Positions 1 through 13,284 of a stretch of DNA of 64,000 bases are shown in pieces. Numbering within the stretch: the stretch's first letter is position 1; every line of letters starts with the position of its first letter. Location: contig NC_058368.1 in assembly GCF_018350175.1 (NCBI RefSeq), forward strand, positions 98,768,001 to 98,832,000, in the 5' to 3' direction. Source of the stretch: Felis catus (lineage: Eukaryota). A model generated the notes under the pieces. The model did no database searches. It was not told where the DNA came from and saw only the letters and a program-made list of their open reading frames with translations. Both the position numbers and the translations under genes were made by a program.

Positions 1-439
1 AATTATGGAACAAACCTAAATGTCCATCAACTGATGAATGGATAAAGAAATTGTGGCTTATATACACAATGGAATACTACGTGGCAATGAGAAAGAATGA
101 AATATGGCCTTTTGTAGCAACGTGGATGGAAGTGGAGAGTGTTATGCTATGTGAAATAAGTCATACAGAGAAATATAGATACCTTATGTTTTCACTCTTA
201 TGTGGATCCTGAGAAACTTAACAGAAGACCATGGGGGGAGGGGAAGGGGGGAAAAAAGTTACAGAGATGGAAGGAGGCAAACCATAAGAGACTGTTAAAA
301 ACTGAGAATAAACTGAGGGTTCATGGGGGGGAGAAGGGAGGGGAAAGTGGGTGATGGGCATTGAGTAGGGCACCCGTTGGAATGAGCACTGGGTGTTGTA
401 TGGAAACCAATTTGACAGTAAATTTCATATTAAAAAAAA
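1..439 (+). mobile_element. 3' end of a young feline-type LINE-1 (end of ORF2, 3' UTR, A-tail), cut by the window start
   Basis: Typical carnivore L1 3' sequence (AAATGTCCATCAACTGATGAATGGATAAAG...GAGCACTGGGTGTTGTATGGAAACCAATTTGACA), G-rich 3' UTR, A-tail; closely matches 33760-34200. Confidence 0.95.
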
Positions 440-736
440 GAATTGATGATGATTACATTTGCATTCAAAATAGGAGGCAGAAGTGAACAGTAGTTGGTGC
501 AAAGCTGTCCAACAAGTAGAAACACAAAACTGTAGACATGTCTTCAAGGTGAAGATTTGTTTACTGCTTGAACAGTTCAAATTTTATACACAGTTTAGTA
601 GTTAGAAAAAAATGGCTAGCATACTAATTTATGGTTTTATATCCTGAAAAAAGGCATTTTAATCTATTAATTATAGGGCTGTTTCTATTAGGCTAGATTT
701 TACTAATCTATTTTTAATGATAAAACTACAATTCTT

Positions 737-899
737 GGGGTGCCTGAGTGCCTCAATTGGTTAAGCGTACAACTCTTGATTTTGGCTCAGTTCATGATCT
801 CACAGTTTGTGGGATCAAACCCTCCATCAGGCTCTGCACTGACAACATGGACCCTGCTTGAGATTCTCTCTCTCCCTATCTGCCTCTCCCCTGCTTCTG

Positions 900-955
<56 letters not shown>

Positions 956-990
956 GTCTCTTTCTCTCAAAATGAATAAACTTAAAAAAA
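737..990 (+). mobile_element. Carnivore tRNA-derived SINE (CanSINE/SINEC)
   Basis: GGGGTGCCTG head with A/B boxes, (CT)n tract, AATAAA/A tail; degenerate TSD aaaa(c/t)taca(a/t)ttctt. Confidence 0.95.
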
Positions 991-1001
991 TTACATTTCT
1001 T

Positions 1002-1209
1002 GAGGCGCCTGGGTGACTCAGTCGGTTAAGCGTCCAATTTTGGCTCAGGTCAGGAACTCACAGTTCATGGGTTCAAGCCCTGTGCTGGGCTCTGTGCTGA
1101 CAGCTCAGAGCCTGGAGCCTGCTTTGGGTTCTGTGCCTCCCTCTCTCTCTGCCCCTTCTGCCCTCACTCTCTGTCTCTGTCTCTCAAATATCAATAAACA
1201 TTAAAAAAA
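1002..1209 (+). mobile_element. CanSINE directly in tandem with the previous copy
   Basis: GAGGCGCCTGGGTGACTCAGTCGGTTAAG head, CT-rich body, A tail; TSD aaaaatta(c/t)atttctt. Confidence 0.95.
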
Positions 1210-2265
1210 TTATATTTCTTTCAAAAGTATATTGTGATAATTATTAAGCTTTCCTAAACTTCTAGATGGTATTTCATTAATTTTTTGTTAATTTTAATTT
1301 AATTCAATTTATTTTTTTATTTTTAATTCTGCTGTGATCCAAGGTTCTGTGGTTGTGTTTGACCCATACAAAATAAAATGAGATTAACCCATTTTTGGTT
1401 GGAGTTTTGGAGTGTAAACTGAGATCTTCATTCTCATTATCATCCTGGAATCAGAAAGTTGTCAAAAAGAAGATGTCTGCTGCTGGTCTCGGTATTCTGT
1501 GAGGCAAATTAAACCTCAGAACTGCTTATATTCAGAATAGAGCTGACTCTTCATCTTGGGAAGATCTTATCTCCCAAAAATATGTGCTTTCCTTTTATAA
1601 GAATGGATATTCTTCATCAATTTACATCCCTTGGCTTCCCCTTTCAAACTATTCAGGGATATTTGTCAAATCATGTGGAAACTGATAATGATAATCTCAG
1701 GATGAGGAGTCATTCATCCAGGCTTTTAGACCATGAAAAGTTTCAAGATTAAAATAATAGGAATACAGGCATGAAAGTAGACTGGAAGCAATATATATTT
1801 TATCAAATCATTCCTGTGTTTCTCTTAGAAAAGCAGTTCCTTACCATTTAGTGTATAGATTTGTAGCCGAGAAGGTAATGGGTTGTGTCCATCACTCTCC
1901 ATATGTCTGCTAGCCAGGTCAATAAATTCCCTTGCACAACGAAGGTAACTGGTTCAAAATTCACCTGCCTTGAAATACTCTATTTCAATGCTGAACTCTT
2001 ATTTAAACTCTGAGTGTCTGATGTGGCAACATGAGTTCTTAATTTTGAGATCAATATTAACTACAGTCAAATATACTTTAAAGCTAAAAAAGCTTCCATA
2101 CATACATTATTTAATTTGATAATCTTAAAAATATGTTATTTTGGGTTCTAAAATGCTAATACATGCAATTCTTTTATTGCATTATTCAGTGAAGCATGTA
2201 TATATTACTCACATCCTCCTTCCACAAAACCTTAAAGTCCTTTTCAGCATGGGTATCAATGCCTG

Positions 2266-2306
2266 TGTTTGTTTGTTTGTTTGTTTGTTTGTTTGTTTGT
2301 TTGTTT
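2266..2306. repeat. (GTTT)n microsatellite
   Basis: About 10 perfect units. Confidence 0.95.
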
Positions 2307-4975
2307 AATTGAGCACTTAGGTGATTTGATCATACTTTGATTCTGAAAAGTCACATTTTCATTTTACTGAAGTGAGGGATTAGTGATTATATCGCTTTCC
2401 TTTCTGCAACTGAGATTCTTACTGGATAAAAACATGAGCGTTGTGCATACTTCATGAAGATTTTAGGCAAAAGCATCCAGTTAGGAGTTCAGCAGTAATT
2501 AAGGGACACATAATGGTGTTATTTACCCATGAATTTATACATGGATCATGGATATAGTGCATCTTGCACGAATCTAAATACAGTGAGAGAAACCTGGTAA
2601 TTAAGCTTGAATTTTAAAATAAGGATCGCATCTTGTGTAATTGCTGGTTTTCTGAATAATCAGAGAATGTGCAATCATAGCTCATGTTGGTATACTATAA
2701 ATGAGGTATGCTAGATTTTATAGTCAGATTTCACCATTGTCTTTTTGGTAGCACTTAAGTTGCAATTGGTTTCAATTTGAAGTTCGTAAACTTTTTTGCT
2801 ACTTTCTTCTTTCTCTTAAATCTTGAGAAAAAAATCTTTCCAATTGCCCTATGGAAGATCATGCTCTATATTTTTTCAATAATTCTATAAGCCTTTTATT
2901 ACTAAAATTCATGACTTAAATCCCCTAAAGGTATTTCCATATCATTTACATGAAATCCAAACCATCATTTTACCTTCCATTTGGACAAAGTAACTAACAC
3001 ATTATCCAAAATTTGAATATTGCTATTATATTTATAATCGTCCTGTTATAAATAGGATTGCTTTACACATATGATCTATCACATAATTAAATTCAGTTTT
3101 TAAAATGTATTTTTACTGAAAGCTTTTCTGGGTTTCTTGTTGCAATTTCAACAGCATAGTGATATGCTGATATGCTGAAAAATTACTTTTTTCTTTAAGG
3201 CAGTCATAGATCCTATAGATGATGGCCACTAAAATGAGACTGAACCCCTGCCACCCCATTTTAATTCTTTGTATCCAGACACATGATTCACTTAAGAAAT
3301 CTGGACCAAAAGTCCAATAGCGCCCTGAAGCTTAGCCTAAGAGCTGAGTATTAATTAAGTTTGTTTGGCCATAAACAAATCTCCTTTGATCCTCAGATGC
3401 TAATGTTCTAAACATGAGTAAGGGGTTATCACTTTCCCTCAGGAACTTTCATTGCAGCCAGTTGGATACTGATTAGAATTTGAATGGAGCTTTCCTTAGC
3501 AAAGCACGCTAGCACACATGGATTCCATTGATGGTTTTTGGGGCTTGTGGGTATGGGTGTGTGTTTGATTCCTAGAGAAACGTGATAGCTTAAGACAGAG
3601 ACATCTTTTTCTTCCATTACCAGACCATGACCCGGTGCATGTGACACATTTTACAAATGTGTGTGGTTGATCAGAAGGAGACAAGATAATGGGGCCTGCT
3701 CAGTGTAAAAACTATCATGCTTTTTGAAAAACCTCTTCGACATTCACTTTTTATCCTGTGGGCTTTTGTCTGCCCCTTGTTGTTGGAAAAAATAAGCAAA
3801 TCCTCAGGACGGAGTTATTAAAACAGATTGTGGATGTTGATTAGTTCTGCAAAAGCCAAAAATGTAAATGCACATTTGTCAAGAATTCAGGTTTGCTGCT
3901 TTCCCCCTCTAACAAACCCGGATCATATTCTGTTGTTTCACAGTAGCTGCTTCCAAGCATAGAGTTCAGATGTTTTCCTTCTAGAATGGGAACTGATACT
4001 CCGGATAATTGAAACGTGATTTCATGATTTCCTTCGAATGTTTACCAGATAATTTTGAAACCTTTTTCCATTTTGGTTTTAGCCTAGCATGAGACTCTTT
4101 CAGAAATACATGGTGGGGGTTGGGAATGAAGGAAGACATTGTTTAGCTTGTAGTTGGCCAAAAAGTTCTGTTGCTGAATAAGATCACAAATTATGGCTAG
4201 AATGGTTTGGTAAGTTGTTGTTTTTTTTTTTTCCACTGTGCAAAGCCAGACAGTCTCTGCCAGACAGAAGAACGGAATCTATACTGTCAGAATGGAAAAC
4301 ATGAATAAAAGTGGTAGCCTTTATGAAGCTGGTGAGTTCTGGCAGTGAACTTAGAGGCTGGCACTTGTACTTTGCTGTGAGGGGGAACATAGGGAGACTC
4401 AACTATGGCAGCATGGTGTGCTGCTAGATTGCCCAGAGAATATTTGACACTGAGATTAATGACAAGGCTAAAGTGTTAAGTTCCAAATTGTTTATTTGAA
4501 GTGTTCTGGCAACTTCTGTCGGTGAAGATTCTGATGTGTATTGTTTCTGCCGTGCTCTTCGGATTTAATAACAGAAGTGAGGGTAAACACTAATGTGCTT
4601 CAAAGAGTATTAAATCCTGTCCATGTATTAGCTCATTTAATTCTTACAATGATCATCTGATGCATGTGTGGTTTTTTTGTTTGTTTTTTGTGGGTTTTTT
4701 TTTTGTTTTCTAGGGTTTTTTGTTTGTTTTGTTTTGTTTTTGTTTTTGTTTTTGTTTTAATACCTCCCTCTCAGAGATAAGAAAAGAGAAGCAAATTAGT
4801 ATCTTCACTGGGCCCATAGTTTAGAGAGTCTGGCCGTGGATGCCTTACTTCTACAACCCATCTCCCGTGTGTCTTAATGTGCAGAATGAAACAGTAGTGT
4901 TCCATGGGAAAAATCGACATTCCCTTCCTTAGGCCTTTGTTTTAGTGGCCTTTTCATATAAGAGATTTGGGGCAC

Positions 4976-5184
4976 GGGACACCTGGGTGGCTCAGTCTGT
5001 TAAATATCCTACTCTTGATTTCTGCTCAGGTCATGATCTCTGGGTTCCTGAGTTTGAGCCCCACGTTGGACTCCGCACTGACAGTGCACAGCCTGGTTGG
5101 GATTCTCTCCTTCTCTCTCTCTGCCCCTCCCCTGCTTGCAATGTCTCTGTTTCCCTCTCAAAATAAATAAATACACTTAAAAAA
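4976..5184 (+). mobile_element. CanSINE
   Basis: SINE head, CT tract, AATAAA tail; flanking gatttgggg repeats. Confidence 0.95.
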
Positions 5185-5404
5185 CGATTTGGGGGGAAAG
5201 GAGGGGAAAACAAAAGTGCATAAATTCCATTAGAGGTATTAATATAGATAGCCTAATTTTTGACCCTTTCTTTGCTTTTCTATTTCAGCGTTATAAGTTT
5301 ATGAATCTCTGATTATTTTTTAAATTAGTAATTTTTACATTCAAATTTTATAATTATAATTCATTATTAACAGAAATGTTTCCTGTAATCCACATGTATA
5401 TAAT

Positions 5405-5745
5405 AAAAGTGTGGTCAGGGATTCTGGGTGTTTTATTCCCCAGAATTAGAAGGGCTCCTGGCACATAATTGGTGTTCAGTGAGTATTTCATGAATGAGTG
5501 AGTATTCATCATAAGCAGACAAGTGATAAAGTTAACTGCCTTGAGCTTATTCCAAAGTATGATTTTGCATTTCCTCTACTATTAAATATTCAAAGTTATT
5601 TTGTAGATAAAGAAAATCAAGACTTGAACAGGAAGAAGCTAGATAATGAGAACATTGTGCCCTTTCTCTTTACCAGTACTGACAAAGCACGGGGCTCTGT
5701 AGGTAGTTAGTGACAGAATGAGTGAATGATTGGGCAGACTGAATG
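5405..5745 (+). mobile_element. Two decayed L2 3'-end fragments
   Basis: cctggcacata...tcagtgagtatttcatgaatgagtg and gaatgagtgaatga, typical L2 3' termini. Confidence 0.5.
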
Positions 5746-8700
5746 ACATAGCTCATGTCCTTTTGTGGATACCTAGTTTGAACAAGGTACAAGCATAGCA
5801 ACTTCAGTGTTTGAAGAACCTGCTACTGGAGGTTTAAGGCAGGGACTGAGGACTCCATATTTGGGGAGCAGTGAGCTAGCATCTCTGGATTGGGTGCAAC
5901 CTTATGGACCATCAACTCTGTATTTAGACCTCACAGGCCATGGGCTCTGTATTCACTACCCTCTGGTACTTAGAGATTTTACAATAGCACTGCCAAACTT
6001 AGCCTCTGCTCTAAGTTCATCTGTCGCTCAGATTTAGTGTAGTCTTTTGTTAACAGGCTCTAGGGGATGTTTCTCTGAGGTTGGTTCAGTCCATTAGCCC
6101 CTCACACAGCCAGTCTTGGTTTCCTAAGAAAAGGCATCCTTTCAAATATTTGAGGATTGCTCGCTGGTTTCCAGATGCTACTCAACACCACCACACTGCT
6201 TGTGGGGTATTTATATTGGTTTCTGGCACTTGACCGAATGCCCCTTCTCTTCCTGATCACTGTCTCTAGAGCTGGTCCTTATTTTTGTACATTAGTGACT
6301 CATTGGGGAGCAATACTAAAACAGCATCGATTAATGTGTGCAGAACAAAACCGGTTATGTGTTAGTCTCAGGAAAATTTCCAGTGACTTGCTATATAGCA
6401 AGCTTTTGTTAGAAAGACCAGGTAGTCAGTGAAAAGTTCCTGGACATTTTATTGATTGATCTATATACCACCATTCTTATGTTTTCAGCCACATGACGCA
6501 GCCCCCTGCATGTGCATTTGCTCCTTGCACACACTTCATATGTGAACTTCTCCTCTCTCTCATCTGTGTGCGCATCTCCATTGCTACAGCCAGTTCCTTC
6601 ATCCTGACTCATGCTTCCCCCTCCCCCCTTCATAATCTCCTGCACCTGTTCAGTTCAGTGTGTTTGGAAAAGTCTAAAGTCAATACGCTATTTTTAAAAG
6701 TTCTCTAATTTTTTTAACAGAAGCTCCATAACCTACTCCCACCTCCCCACATGATGAAACAGGGAAACAGTGCTGCAGGCAGACAACAGGATACCAGGAA
6801 ATGCCCGAGAAGGTCAGCCCCACCCTGACATGACGCTCGCAGGGAATTGGACAACACATACCAGCATTTCTAAGAAACATGCAAGTCCAGTATATCATTT
6901 GTTATTCTAAATGTATACAGAAATGGTAATTAACAATTAGATGTTTGGATATTCAAGTTACTAAATAATGACCTTGAAAACAGGTAACAATCACAATACT
7001 AGTTATCACCATATAAGTTGTCATATGTCATTTTCACAACATAGAAGTTATGTTTTATGTTTAAATTCCATAGAGGAAAATATCTATAATAATACCATGA
7101 AATTAAGCATCGTTTGCTCTGTGGAGCTCCAAAGGTATTTTAAGGAATACTTATACTGTTTATTTAATTGTAGGATTTAACTTTCAAGGTGCCAGGATTA
7201 ATGGGTTCATGTTAGCATACCTATGCTTTTTATGAACAAAACTAGTTTACATTTCCATAATTTCCCTTTATAATATTGACTACAGACAACTAGTCATTTG
7301 GGCCATTAAAAACACAAAAATTACATACAATATATAATTATTTAGAACCAATATTGAATTATGCTCATTTTTTCCCCTTAAAAGTTGATTTGTGTTGTTT
7401 AGAACTCATTCATAATTCAGGGATAGTCGGCCACACCATATGTGACCGTAAGAAGGATCATTACCTTTAACAGCTGTGAATCCTTAATGAAGTGAAAACA
7501 TGTACAGTCAAGGTCAACAATGTTCGTTTGTTGTAAATTTTTATTTTCCCATGATCAAAGGGTAACAATAAAGTTTCCGTTGGTATCAGTACTTTTCTAT
7601 ATATGAAAGAATATGAGCTTATTACTTATTAAGCTGTGATGCTTCTGGAGTAATAATTTTATTTCAGTGTTCCTATCTATACAGGACTCCAGTTATCCTT
7701 TGTGTTAAATATGAATACTAAATTTTTCCACACTAGATAAAATCTGAAAGATGCCATGGTCAGTTAACTATTGAATTTGAAGAGAAAATTTATTATATGT
7801 AAAACCAAAAGTAAAAGATGTCTGGATAATGTCAAATATTGGGAATATTTTGACCTGTTTTCAAACAGGTCTATTCAGGTCTAATTCAGACCTATATTCA
7901 GGTCTAATAGTTTTCTATTTTTCTTTAATCAGTTACATCCTTTGGTTGTGTGTTTGGAAATACCCTATTTGAAATGAATTCCTCTGAGTAGTATCAATTT
8001 TGTAGTTGAGAGCCTGTTAATTCACCTGTACAGTGAATTCAATAATGTAATTAGTAAACATTTTTTTCGGATATGGAGTTGTAATAATCACACTGGTTTT
8101 TAACAGTTAGGACTCACACCACGAATTGTCTTCATTTTAATATGTCCTACTTGTAAAACAAGAAGGAATGCTAGTTGGGATTTAGCTATACCTATCTTCT
8201 CAAATTCCACTTTTCAGATCAATAAAATACAAGTTATTGAGGTCTATGTAAATATAAAAACACACCCAGTGGAAAGTAAAGGTAAGTTTTTGACTAAATC
8301 AGGAGAACGAGATTAGAAAACCTGTCTATATTTATATTGATAGGCAATGCTCATGGAGAGATATTTAGAATTGTTTTTTATTTTACTTTTCTTTTTAATA
8401 AATCATGTGATTTCACCATAAAACTAAATGACACAACCAAGATCAAATCACATGGTGAAGATAAGACTAGAAATGAAGATTTCTTAAATTCATATTCTAG
8501 CTCTTATATTAACTGATGATTAATATTTTGCAAGTCATTTATTCAATATGAGTTCCTAAGACCTTCAGCTGACCTAGTGAGCCAGAGAATTCAGGGCCTC
8601 ATTTCCATGTATTCTGTTTGATATGACTTTTACAGAAAAAGCAGAGCACTGCAGGCTTAGCATTTTCCATCAGAATAAAGTCTTGGTAATCTCCAACCAG

Positions 8701-8967
8701 ACAGTGTATCTGCTCTCCAGTGAAGTATTTTGTACCTTTAAGATTTCTGTTGTACTTAACAGACAGTGATAGAACCTCTCCAACTCATTTATAATTTTTC
8801 TAGGAAAAACATTCAGGTCTAATATTTAACTCTTTTAGCTGAGGATAGTTCATTGAAAACAGAGAATTCACTGTTGAAATAATTATAAAGTTGACCAGTA
8901 GAAATAGTGATATAGAATTTACGGTAACTTTTCATAATGCTTATAAGAACTATAAATTTTACTTTAT

Positions 8968-9174
8968 TTTACTTTAATGTTTTCATTTTATTTTTGAAAG
9001 AGAGAGAGAGAGAGAGAAAATGGAGTAAGGGCAGAGAGAGAGGGGGATAGAGGATCTGAAGCAGACTCTGTGCTGACAGCAGAATGCCCAATGTGGGGCT
9101 AGAACTCATGAACCATGAGATCATGACCTGAGCCAAAGTCAGATGCTTAACTGACTGAACCATCCAGGCACCCC
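8968..9174 (-). mobile_element. CanSINE
   Basis: Reverse-complement SINE: T-rich tail, (GA)n, ends ccaggcacccc. Confidence 0.95.
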
Positions 9175-9661
9175 AGGACTCTAAATTTTAAAATACTTCT
9201 TCAGAAGTATTTGCCAAACTGAACAAAAGAGAAAATCCAACATTTAATGATGCTACTGAGTTCAACCACATTGCTAGTTCCTAAGGCTAAGAAAAAAAAG
9301 TCTAATGTCAATTGAATAGCAGTTGTCACTCAAAATGGTTTATTATACCAGCACACTGATGAAAATTACATATCCAAATTAAAGTTGGGACAGTTTGGAA
9401 GACTGATAAATCTCAGCAATAGGAAAATTGAAAATTTCTCTTAAGTGTGTAATTTAAATATAATAAAGCAGTCCTTTGATAGCTTTATCATTTTTGTCAA
9501 ACTAAAAAAGAACAGTTTGAACTAATTTAGTAGATTACTTAATTCACGCATTCACTCAACACTTGGTGAAAATGTGCTTTGTACTGGGCACTTTGTTAGA
9601 AGTGAGAGATGTGAAGATTACCAAAACATGGTTTTGCCCTTGATAGGTTCAGAGTATGGCA

Positions 9662-9662
<1 letters not shown>

Positions 9663-9707
<45 letters not shown>

Positions 9708-9858
9708 ATACATATATACATGTATATACATATATATATATACACACATATATATGTATGTACGTATGCATACATACATGTATATACGTATATATCTACA
9801 TATATATACATATATATATGTGTGTATACGTATATACATATATATATATTTATATATT
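9663..9858. repeat. (TG)n run followed by a (TA/CA/TG) alternating purine-pyrimidine tract
   Basis: Read directly; accounts for five overlapping spurious ORFs. Confidence 0.95.
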
Positions 9859-10005
9859 TGCATAAAAGCAATGTAAGTGAAGGGAGTTGGAAGTAAATCA
9901 GAGAGAAGATACGAAGTAATAATTTGAGTACAGGAAATAAGGATGAATAGTGATGGTAGAGAGGTACTAAAACAAGTGTGGCTCAAAACATAACATAAGT
10001 ATTGT

Positions 10006-10420
10006 TCAGTAGTCCTCAGAATTTTTAAACATGGGATGTGCAACGAACTTGCCAGCCACGGTAGAGTCTCCTTTTTCAGTTAGGGAAGTGAAAAGAGGAA
10101 TATGAGGACTATGTAGCAGAACTTTTGCAGTATTGTGCAGTTCCATAACAAAACAGTGAATGAAATTGATCTTAAATTTATTCATCCACGCAAATGACCT
10201 TGAACATGGTAAGAACGAAACCTTGTAGAGCATAATGGCAGCAACGTCTGCAGGTGCAATGATGAAGCAGCTCCGTGGCCATGTTGCATTTCTTCACAGA
10301 TGCGTGCAGTGATTGATAACCTGCAGGAAAGTGTGCTTCTGAGATGGGCTTGTTTGATTTTATTGTTAAATCAAAATACCGTGGAAGTTATTCTGGAAAA
10401 GTATTGTGTACATGCAACCT
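10006..10420 (-). mobile_element. Highly decayed Tigger/pogo-type DDE transposase remnant
   Basis: Minus-strand frame AWMNKFKINFIHCFVMEL..AKVLL..PHIP resembles the Tigger DDE_1 motif KAWMT..F..WF..CFVPEV...KVLL.LDNAP.HP. Confidence 0.5.
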
Positions 10421-10559
10421 TAGGCGGCACACAAGTACTTCTAATGATGTCAGTCAGTGAACTTGCTATAAACGCAAAGCTGTAGGTGAAATAAAGCCAG
10501 AATGCTCTCCTCTTTGGTTATTGTTGTGGTACCTGCCAAGGTTCTAGGTGCTGAACTGG

Positions 10560-11970
10560 TCAATTCACGTTTCCCCTCTGACTGGCCACCCCTCCGTAGT
10601 GCTGTTGGCTGAATCCTTCTGACTTCCTCCACCACTGGATGTTGCTGGGCCCACATATTCAATCTGAGAGCTCTCTTACTTCCTCCTCTCCATGCTAACC
10701 TCATCTAGTCCTTCAAAGCTCCATCAGCAGCTGTATGTGAGTAACTCCCAGATTCACAGCCCTGACCCTGACCTCTCCCCAGAGCCCACGCATCATCTCT
10801 GTTGGACATTTGATTGGTGTTGCGAAATAAACATGTCAAAAGCAGAACTTAAGAATCAATGCCTAGATCTGCCACTCTTCTTTCTCTTTCTTCAGTTTCC
10901 TCACTGTCAGTAAATCACTCCATAATTGCACCAGCTGCCAGGGCCCAAAGTCTTGGGATCGTTCTTGCTTCCTCCTTTGGACTCACCGTGCGTGTCTTAT
11001 CCACTAAGAAGTTTTGTCAAATCTGACTGAAGAACATATCCTGACTCCTGTTTACCATCTTCACTCCCCTCATCCTTTAATTAGACCATCCTTACATGAA
11101 TTCCTAAGCAGACCTTGCTTCCTCCCTTGCCATCCTACAATCCATTTTCCTCAGAGCACCCAAAGTAGGGGTTGAAGCAGAAAAGAACGATGGGGTGCCT
11201 GAGCGGCTCAGTCGGTTAAGCATCCATCTTTGGCTCAGGTCATGATTTCACGGTTCGTGAGTTCGAGACCCGCGTAGGGCTCTGTGCAGACAGCTCGGAG
11301 CCTGGAGCCTGCTTTGGATTCTGTGTCTCCCTCTCTCTCTGCCCCTCCCCTGCTCTCTCTGTCTCTCTCAAAAATAAACATTAAAAAAAAAGAGAGAGAG
11401 AAGGAGTGTCAGCCCATTTTGAAAACTGTGGCCTCCTATTGTCACCAGGGCTCCTTCAGTTTCCTTACCGTGTTTGTGTACCTTGTGGTCAGTCTGCTGT
11501 GGCCCCATTGACCCTAGAACTCACCTATCAGTCAGATGCCTCTACCTTCTTCTCTTCCAACACAAACTATTCTTTGGGTTCTTTGGGCTTCCCAGACTCA
11601 TTCGTGCTTCCAAGCCTTTGCTACTAGTATGTACATGACTGGCCCCTTCCACTCTTTTAGCCCCCAGTGGCTATGGTACCTCTTTCAGACCATCAGCCTG
11701 AGCTGTCACTGTCCATATGTGTCTCTGTCACTCCCTATCACACACTCAGCCACTTGGCACACAGTTGTCTCTCTGTAGCTTTTCTCGTGGCAGTTACCAA
11801 CCACTCTGTGATTTCTCATTTATGCGTTTGTTTTTTTTTTTTAATTTCTTGACCGTCTCCTCCCTGCCAAATGGAAGTTCCTTCAGGGTACAGACCTTAT
11901 CATTTCTTTTCACTACAGAATCCTCAACATCTAGGAAAGTAATGGCTCAAGAAGTATGTATGGAGTGAAA
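10560..11970 (+). mobile_element. L2 LINE 3' portion, interrupted by a SINE
   Basis: L2-like motifs (aactcccagatt...gacctctcccc, aacatgtcaaaagcagaact, cttgggatcgttcttg, ttcactacagaatcctcaacatctag). Confidence 0.75.
11192..11400 (+). mobile_element. CanSINE
   Basis: GGGGTGCCTGAGCGGCTCAGTCGGTTAAG head, CT tract, A tail. Confidence 0.95.
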
Positions 11971-12789
11971 GAAAAAGATTCTTTCTACAGATAGGTTTTT
12001 TGTTCCCTGCCCCCCATTTTCAGATGCTCTAAAGAGGTCACCAGGGAATGAAGACGCTACGGAGAGCTGCAGAAGTGCCTTACTCATTACTTCTATATTG
12101 TCTTCTGAGAACAAAACATGAAAAGTGTGCATTTTTTAGAAGTTGGCATTCCATATTTTAGTAACTTTTTCCGGTCTTTAAATCAAGTGCTTTTTGCATG
12201 ACTTTCTTTTTGCTTCTTGAAAGTCTATATGTCAAAATAGAATTTGATTTGCAGAAACTTAATGTTAGCACTTTGAAAAGTATGCAGTAGGGAGAAAATG
12301 ATAAAAAAAATTCACACTATTCACTCACAAACACAACATATTTTGTATTTTGGAATTAGGGATTAATGTATGAATAATCCTTCCAAAGAAAAATGAAAAG
12401 TAATATGAAATAATTCTTTGACTGCAGATACATTTTTTTTTTATTTTCAGCTATGTGTAGAATATACCACCATTTGAAAATGTGCTGTCACTGCAGTTAT
12501 TTTTGGATAGGGAAGAAGAAAATAAAAATGTTCCAATCATCGGGCTCCTTTGTAAAGCGAAAGGAGACACACACAAATGGAAGGGCTTTATGGTAACAAA
12601 GGTATCCAGACTTGACATAAATTATGGTGAATAAACCCTATTAGTTTTCCTAGATTTTCCTTGGTAGTTCTGCATAACAATTACCTATTCCCGAGTTTAT
12701 TCCTATGACTTGGGATTCTGCATGTGTAAGTGATAGGATTGTCTAGGACACAGTGGAAGGCAGTTTGCTTTAATTACTGGAAGATGAAT

Positions 12790-12992
12790 TCTGGGTTTAA
12801 AATGCATGCATCTAAAGTCCAGCTTTGCCTCTTTCTAAGTGCATGCCTTGAGCATATTACTCAGTTTCTTCTCTATGAAACAAGAATCAATAAATAAATG
12901 CTTGCCTTTTATGGTTGTTTTGAACATTAAATGAGGTAATCCACGTAGAACATTCAGTGTCTGGAGCACGATAAGCCTCTAATGATGTTAGC
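12790..12992 (+). mobile_element. MIR SINE
   Basis: MIR core-like ctcagtttcttctctatgaaa...attaaatgaggtaatccacgtagaacatt. Confidence 0.75.
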
Positions 12993-13106
12993 GAATATTC
13001 CTCTCTTTATTTTCATCTTGACAGTTAACTCACGTTGCCATATATTATTAACTGTCATCTGTCTCATGCAGGCTTCAAAGATTGCATTCGATTAACTTTT
13101 CATTAT

Positions 13107-13232
13107 GGGGCACCTGAGTGGCTCAGTCTGTTAAGCGTCCGACTCTTGATGTCGACGCAGGTCATGATCTCATAGTTTGTGGGTTCAAGCCTCACATCAG
13201 GCTTTGCACTGACAGTGCAGAGCCTGCTTAGG

Positions 13233-13284
<52 letters not shown>

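Noticed and set aside
1390..1740. Possible CR1/L3 reverse-transcriptase remnant on the minus strand (KPG..HP, YKRK)
   Set aside because: Similarity too weak to support without a profile search.
9574..10043. Five overlapping ORFs rich in C/V/Y/I/H/T
   Set aside because: Translation of a dinucleotide microsatellite.
12451..12592. Strong-looking acceptor (ttttcag) followed by an open frame
   Set aside because: Poor donor, unrecognised peptide; poly-T plus CAG is common by chance in AT-rich DNA.
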